A stretch of 62,384 bases of DNA, the filler included, from Dimorphilus gyrociliatus (Eukaryota > Animalia > Annelida), in the NCBI GenBank assembly GCA_904063045.1. It is 3 parts of 3 records of this genome, joined end to end, with 100 filler letters (N's around TTAATTAATTAA, not from the genome) between each part and the next. Parts side by side here need not be neighbours in the genome. Positions count along the whole stretch, not along the records: positions 30,367 to 61,190 come from CAJFCJ010000135.1; positions 61,291 to 62,384 come from CAJFCJ010000347.1; 1 more part is not named here. The stretch is one strand, 5' to 3'. Every line of letters begins with the position of its first letter. Within the stretch, counting starts at the first letter, position 1. Shown here in pieces: positions 60,161 to 62,384 of the stretch. A model generated the notes under the pieces. The model was not told the DNA's origin and searched no databases. It was given only the letters and a program-made list of their open reading frames with translations. The translations under genes were made by a program, and so were the position numbers.

Positions 60161-61190
60161 CAAGTTTCATCGTATTTTATACTTATACTATTCTATTATA
60201 TACCACTTATCCATGCACTTAATCAAAAACCTAACCAGAAATACAATCACATTTGGCCAAACTCAGACCTTGTCTGGTCATACTTAAAATTCATCTTTAA
60301 GTGCCACTTAAGGTTTGGCCAAGCTGTGATTGATGAGCCTCTTTAGGGTTTGCTCAAGTTCTGATTGATGAGCTTGTCTAAGGTTTAGCCAAACTATCAT
60401 CAATTAGTTTCTCCAGTGTTGAACTTTGTAACAAATTGTTCCTGAAGGTTAGTTATATACTAAACTACCAACTGTAAAATGATGATTGGATATTGGAGAC
60501 AAACCTTAAGTATTTCAATTCAAATAAACCAGATTAATTAATCACATCATTTAAAGGTTTGAGTAGAACCAGTAGCATTGTAACTTGCAAATACATCAAT
60601 TTACCAAGCAAGAGCAGTACAATGTCTTAAAGAAAGTTCAGAGTTTTACAAAGATTGAATGTGACAATCTCATAATTCACATGAAAGAAAAATATGAAAG
60701 GCTGTTATATCAGTAGCTCCATCTATTATCATAAAGGAATCTATTTCCTACAAAATTCAAGTTATTCCAAAGTTTCTGTATATCTTTAGTCTGAGCATCA
60801 AAATGAAAAATTTTCAATGTTTGCTTCTTTTCATTGAGAAATATTTTATTTCCATCATAAATTTTTCATTCACTTTTCAAGTTGAAGTGAAGATTTTGTA
60901 CACAAGAATTGACTGGATATGTTACATGAGTATCTTCACAACTGTCACAAGTAAAAACTTGATATATACATGAACAAAACAATGCATGCCCCCATGCTGT
61001 GGAATTTTGAATTTGTAAGATAGGCCAATGCAACATTGATCATTGGATAGGAGATATATTCTGAACAGAACGTTTACACATTATTTGCTGGTATGAGTCA
61101 GTGAATGTAGGAATGGGCTTGAGTGGTGAAATAAAGAAGGTAGATGTTGATGCAGATATCAGAAACGTATATATAGGAGTAGGGGGAATA

Positions 61191-61290
61191 NNNNNNNNNN
61201 NNNNNNNNNNNNNNNNNNNNNNNNNNNNNNNNNNTTAATTAATTAANNNNNNNNNNNNNNNNNNNNNNNNNNNNNNNNNNNNNNNNNNNN
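61191..61290. other. Artificial contig spacer N44-TTAATTAATTAA-N44
   Basis: Identical in structure to the spacer at 30267-30366. Confidence 0.97.
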
Positions 61291-61905
61291 ATAAAAACTG
61301 TTCCCATGCTGACTAACTGTTGCTGAACATTTATTTCTTTTGTTCCTAACACTGCATATCCAGAATGTTGTCTTGTTTCTTTTTTCTTTAATATTGTAGC
61401 AGAAATTGTTGAAAAGTAGCAAATCTTTTCCTTTCTGGCTCATTCCCTTTAAGATTTTAAATGAATAACTTTCTTTCTCACAATCTGATGTTTTCTCCAG
61501 TGAACGTTTTCTCCATAATTCGTTAAAAAGAATATCATTTAGTGATACTGTGACATTGGCAGATGGAGATTGAATGATAATTTTATGCATATAGTAGTCA
61601 TCTTTGAGTTTACCAAAAATCTTCATTCCACTGCGAGAGAATCCAGCAATATATATAAATTCTCCCATTTGTCCAGTTACATCATAACATATTTGTTTTG
61701 TGGACATAGATGATTTGTCAACAACATTTTGTGCAAAGTGTGGATCGCCTGTTGCAGATGCAAATGGCGAAGGAACATTAGGTGAAAAGTAAATTGGAAT
61801 ATCAGTACTGAATGATTTTCCACTCCCTTCGCATGTTGCAGTTACAAGAAGAGACTCCTGGGATCCAGTTTTAGACTTGGATTTACTTTTTAAAAAATAT
61901 AAGAA
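61291..61905 (-). CDS. Partial open frame: GDPHF...ICYDV domain (ITIH C-terminal-like) followed by a MULE-type FLYWCH finger
   Basis: The frame is open from 61905 to the gap: ATGDPHFAQ...KQICYDVTGQ...GKDLLLFNNFCY...FWICSVRNKRNKCSATV. Confidence 0.55.
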
Positions 61906-62384
61906 TCATTCAACCTAAGCTCAGAACAAGAAGAGCAAAATTATACATTGTAAAACCCTTCATGATATATCTCTGACAACTGCTGGCAGTGTTGCTGCTT
62001 TTATCAGTTTCTTTTTGAAAAAGCTAAACAAATCTTTAGAAAATTTCTACAGCTATTTTGAACAAACAGATCTGAAAATTTCATTAATAGAATTTAATAG
62101 TTGTGGGCAAGGCAATATTGAATGTAAATATCGCATTCTTTTGAAATCGACCATTAAAAAAATCATAATGCATAAAGTCAACTTTATAAAAATTGGAACA
62201 CCTCGAATTTTGAATAGGCCAACATATTAAAAATGTTTTTCACTAAGAAAAAAGATATTTTTTTAATTTTTTCTGCATAAAATGTTAGATGAAGCTTAAA
62301 TTTATATATAATTTTCTTTCAAATACGATTTAGGTAAGTTTTTATATCATTTTTTTTTGTTTATATTATGTACTGTTTTATTGA

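Noticed and set aside
60311-60395. Two to three ~35-bp tandem units (GGTTT...GATTGATGAGC)
   Set aside because: Short degenerate minisatellite inside a probable MULE remnant; no further structure seen.

Overview
This window is three contigs joined by an artificial 100-bp spacer (N44-TTAATTAATTAA-N44 at 30267-30366 and 61191-61290), so adjacency across the spacers is not biological. Contig A (1-30266) looks microsporidian. It has a reduced GC-rich rDNA with 5.8S fused to the LSU and an ITS of about 22 nt, intronless AT-rich genes, and CCC/GGG motifs just upstream of nearly every ATG. Roughly 70% of its non-rDNA DNA is nested transposons: three IR/DR Tc1, Merlin, pogo, Ginger-like integrase DNA transposons, and a head-to-tail LINE array next to the rDNA. 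The only cellular genes in it are predicted secreted proteins (two LRR, one methyltransferase-like). Contig B (30367-61190) is a compact animal genome with introns mostly about 55-110 nt and an immune-type gene cluster. It holds two tandem receptors with a TNFR ectodomain, a TM helix and a ZU5-UPA-death-like tail, RING/B-box/RI-type-LRR genes in a 3.6-kb inverted duplication centred on a Mutator-like element, and a multi-ZU5 gene. Contig C (61291-end) begins with a GDPHF-domain ORF running into a FLYWCH finger. All domain calls come from motif recognition by eye; no database searches were run.
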